Shown here: positions 61,942 through 64,000 of the stretch, one piece after another
Layout of the letters: every line of letters begins with the position of its first letter
Numbering within the stretch: the first letter of the stretch is position 1
Origin: the human T2T-CHM13v2.0 reference genome, Homo sapiens
Length of the DNA stretch: 64,000 nucleotides
Strand: one strand, 5' to 3'
NCBI RefSeq assembly: GCF_009914755.1
Contig: NC_060934.1
Made by a program: the position numbers and the translations under genes
The notes under the pieces: model-generated
What the model saw: only the letters and a program-made list of their open reading frames with translations
The model's database searches: none
Told to the model about the DNA's origin: nothing

Positions 61942-64000
61942 TCAGGAAAGCTATTCAAGCCCATCAGGCATCTACTGCCTCCACAACAGAACGTCAGACT
62001 TCTTGAGGACAAGAACCACATCTTCTTCTTATCATATATACCCTCCAAGCTGCTAGCAGAATGGAAAGCTGCAAAGCTATTCGGAAGATCAGGTCTCTTC
62101 ACAAAAGCATGTTGCCCTGGTTACTCAGTGTGTGCCAGGGTTCTGCTGGCTGCACCCCTCCTGCGTGATGTGATTTGTGAGAGGTAGCTTGGAAAGAGAA
62201 ATTCTGTCACAGTAGAGTACGTAAAATTCTCAAACGGACATAAGTCTACATATAATTCCACATATTTTGAAGAATCCCAAAGGTTTAAGCATTTAAAATT
62301 GAACATGTTCATGTACAGGATCATCATGTTAACATCTTCTAAAAATATGGAATAGTCTTTCATCATTTAACATATTGGGAGGGGCCCCTGTACCTTCATG
62401 TATCAATTTCACTAGAGCTTCTAGAATATACTGTCAATACATTCAATTTGATTATTTTCTCAGTCAATAAAAGCTTGTCTTTCTTTGCTTTTCTTCTGAC
62501 AAATCTGAACTGATTGGCCTGGAACATTAAAGGTGAACAGGTCTGTAAATTGGGCTGCTTGACGACACAAGGCTTCAGTCCACGTCACTTCAAAATGTCC
62601 CTCCACACTTTTGAGACAGGCAGGTTGTTATTCCTACTGGCTTTAAAAATATATAGTGTCCTATATTGTTGCACTGTCCAATCTAAAAAGCACTCTGTTC
62701 TTTATGTGAAACCGTAATGGTGTAGGCATGAGTGAGGATGGTTACCTTCATAAGACAAAAGAGACAGGAAAGTGGGCATTCCCGAATCTCACTGTCATTT
62801 TTCCACCTGTGCTTTTTTGTTCCTGGCATACTTTATAGCTTTTATGGGAGGCTTATAGGAGGTTTGACTGACAAAGTATTTTACAAATCTAACCAGAAGT
62901 ATTCTTCTGTTATTTTCATGCAGCACAGAGAGTTTTAAGCCCATAATTATTAGGATCATGAAGTTGAAACCATTGATAAAAACTGACCTCCTACTATTTG
63001 CAATTCACTGAAAGTCTGTTTTCCCGACAAAGGGAGTTGACCGAGTATCCTCAATGTTAAATTCTGGTGACACTGGTGTTTTTCACAGCAAAAGATAAGT
63101 TCTGGAAGTCACTCCTGCCCTTGTTTCCAAATCTGGGGAGCTAGGCAGACCTTTGGTTTCACCCCCTTTTCCTCTGCTCTTTCTCTCCCAATACTCTAGA
63201 GAAAGCTGGCTGACTTGTCTAAGACTGGCAAAACCACTTAATGGCTGAAGTTGGAAAACAGGCTGCAATGGTTTTCATGATGGATGATGATTTCCAAAGA
63301 CTGGAAGACCGTCAAGCCCCCTTGGGGAACAACAATTGGCAGTCTGAAGGTGAAATTCTGGCTTTGAGAGATGAAACCATTACAATTGCTCAGTTCTGTC
63401 TCTCTGGCCAGTCTATAATGAGCCAATAATTCAAATTTGGACTTTTAAAGTTCTTGGTGAGCTCTTCTGCCAAGAAAGCTAAAGGAAATTTTAAATATTC
63501 ATTAGCAATAGTGACTCATCCCTACACATCCTAATCAACTTATATTTAGGTTCACTGCCAACTTAAAGTTGGTCATGATTTTTTTGTGTGAGAAATATAA
63601 TAAAAATACCATCCAAGTTGATCAGATGGGTGAGACAATAAAACCCTTAATGAAGAGTCAGAAATCCTAATTTACAGATAGTCCACATGAGTGGGATCTA
63701 CACAGGGATGCTGAGAGGAACAGAGAGATACTTTCTGTATAAAACATCCACACAGACAGCTATAAGACAGTTTTAGTCCAATACCAACACTCAGCCTCCG
63801 CCAACACATTGGCTTTGTACCCAACTGGAACTTAATTTCACGTTCTAACTAAATGAAGAGGGTTTGCTTTTGGTTCAGTAATGATCTGGGTTTTGGTTTT
63901 TGTTGTTTTTTCCTGACAGGTTTAAGGAAGGGTACCTAGGATCACACACTACAGAGATTCCTAGCCCAGCGTGCACAGAACTATGTGACCCTGAATTATA

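Noticed and set aside
63083-63429. Overlapping ~62-aa ORFs as a possible extra PARD3 exon
   Set aside because: No convincing polypyrimidine acceptor/donor pair, and the peptides do not resemble PAR-3.

Overview
Primate, most likely human, genomic DNA. It holds the 3' end of the cell-polarity gene PARD3 on the minus strand (human chr10p11.2 by established knowledge) and about 38 kb of downstream intergenic sequence. Three coding exons were reconstructed from GT-AG boundaries and join in frame (60111-59991, 48257-48130, 40079-39686 with TGA). They are followed by a ~1.6-kb 3' UTR with three AATAAA signals. The rest is mostly interspersed repeats: about 30 Alu copies or fragments (many with clear target-site duplications, TSDs), decayed L1s, L2/MIR, solo LTRs, Tigger/hAT DNA transposons and microsatellites. 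There is no prokaryotic-type system, CRISPR array, rRNA or tRNA, and nearly all supplied ORFs are repeat-derived or chance. The best leads are: (1) tandem poly(A) sites separating neural (miR-219, miR-124) from epithelial (miR-200) seed sites; (2) a possible intronic-polyadenylation isoform with a new C-terminus; (3) a symmetric 249-nt two-exon module that could be co-skipped or form a stop-free circle; (4) a plus-strand cryptic exon, overlapping a ~145-bp local duplication, converging on the PARD3 3' end; (5) a TSD-flanked 3'-truncated U2 snRNA retrocopy; (6) a dense POU/Sox/E-box motif cluster. All functional claims are inference. Repeat subfamily names come from recalled consensus sequences and are approximate.
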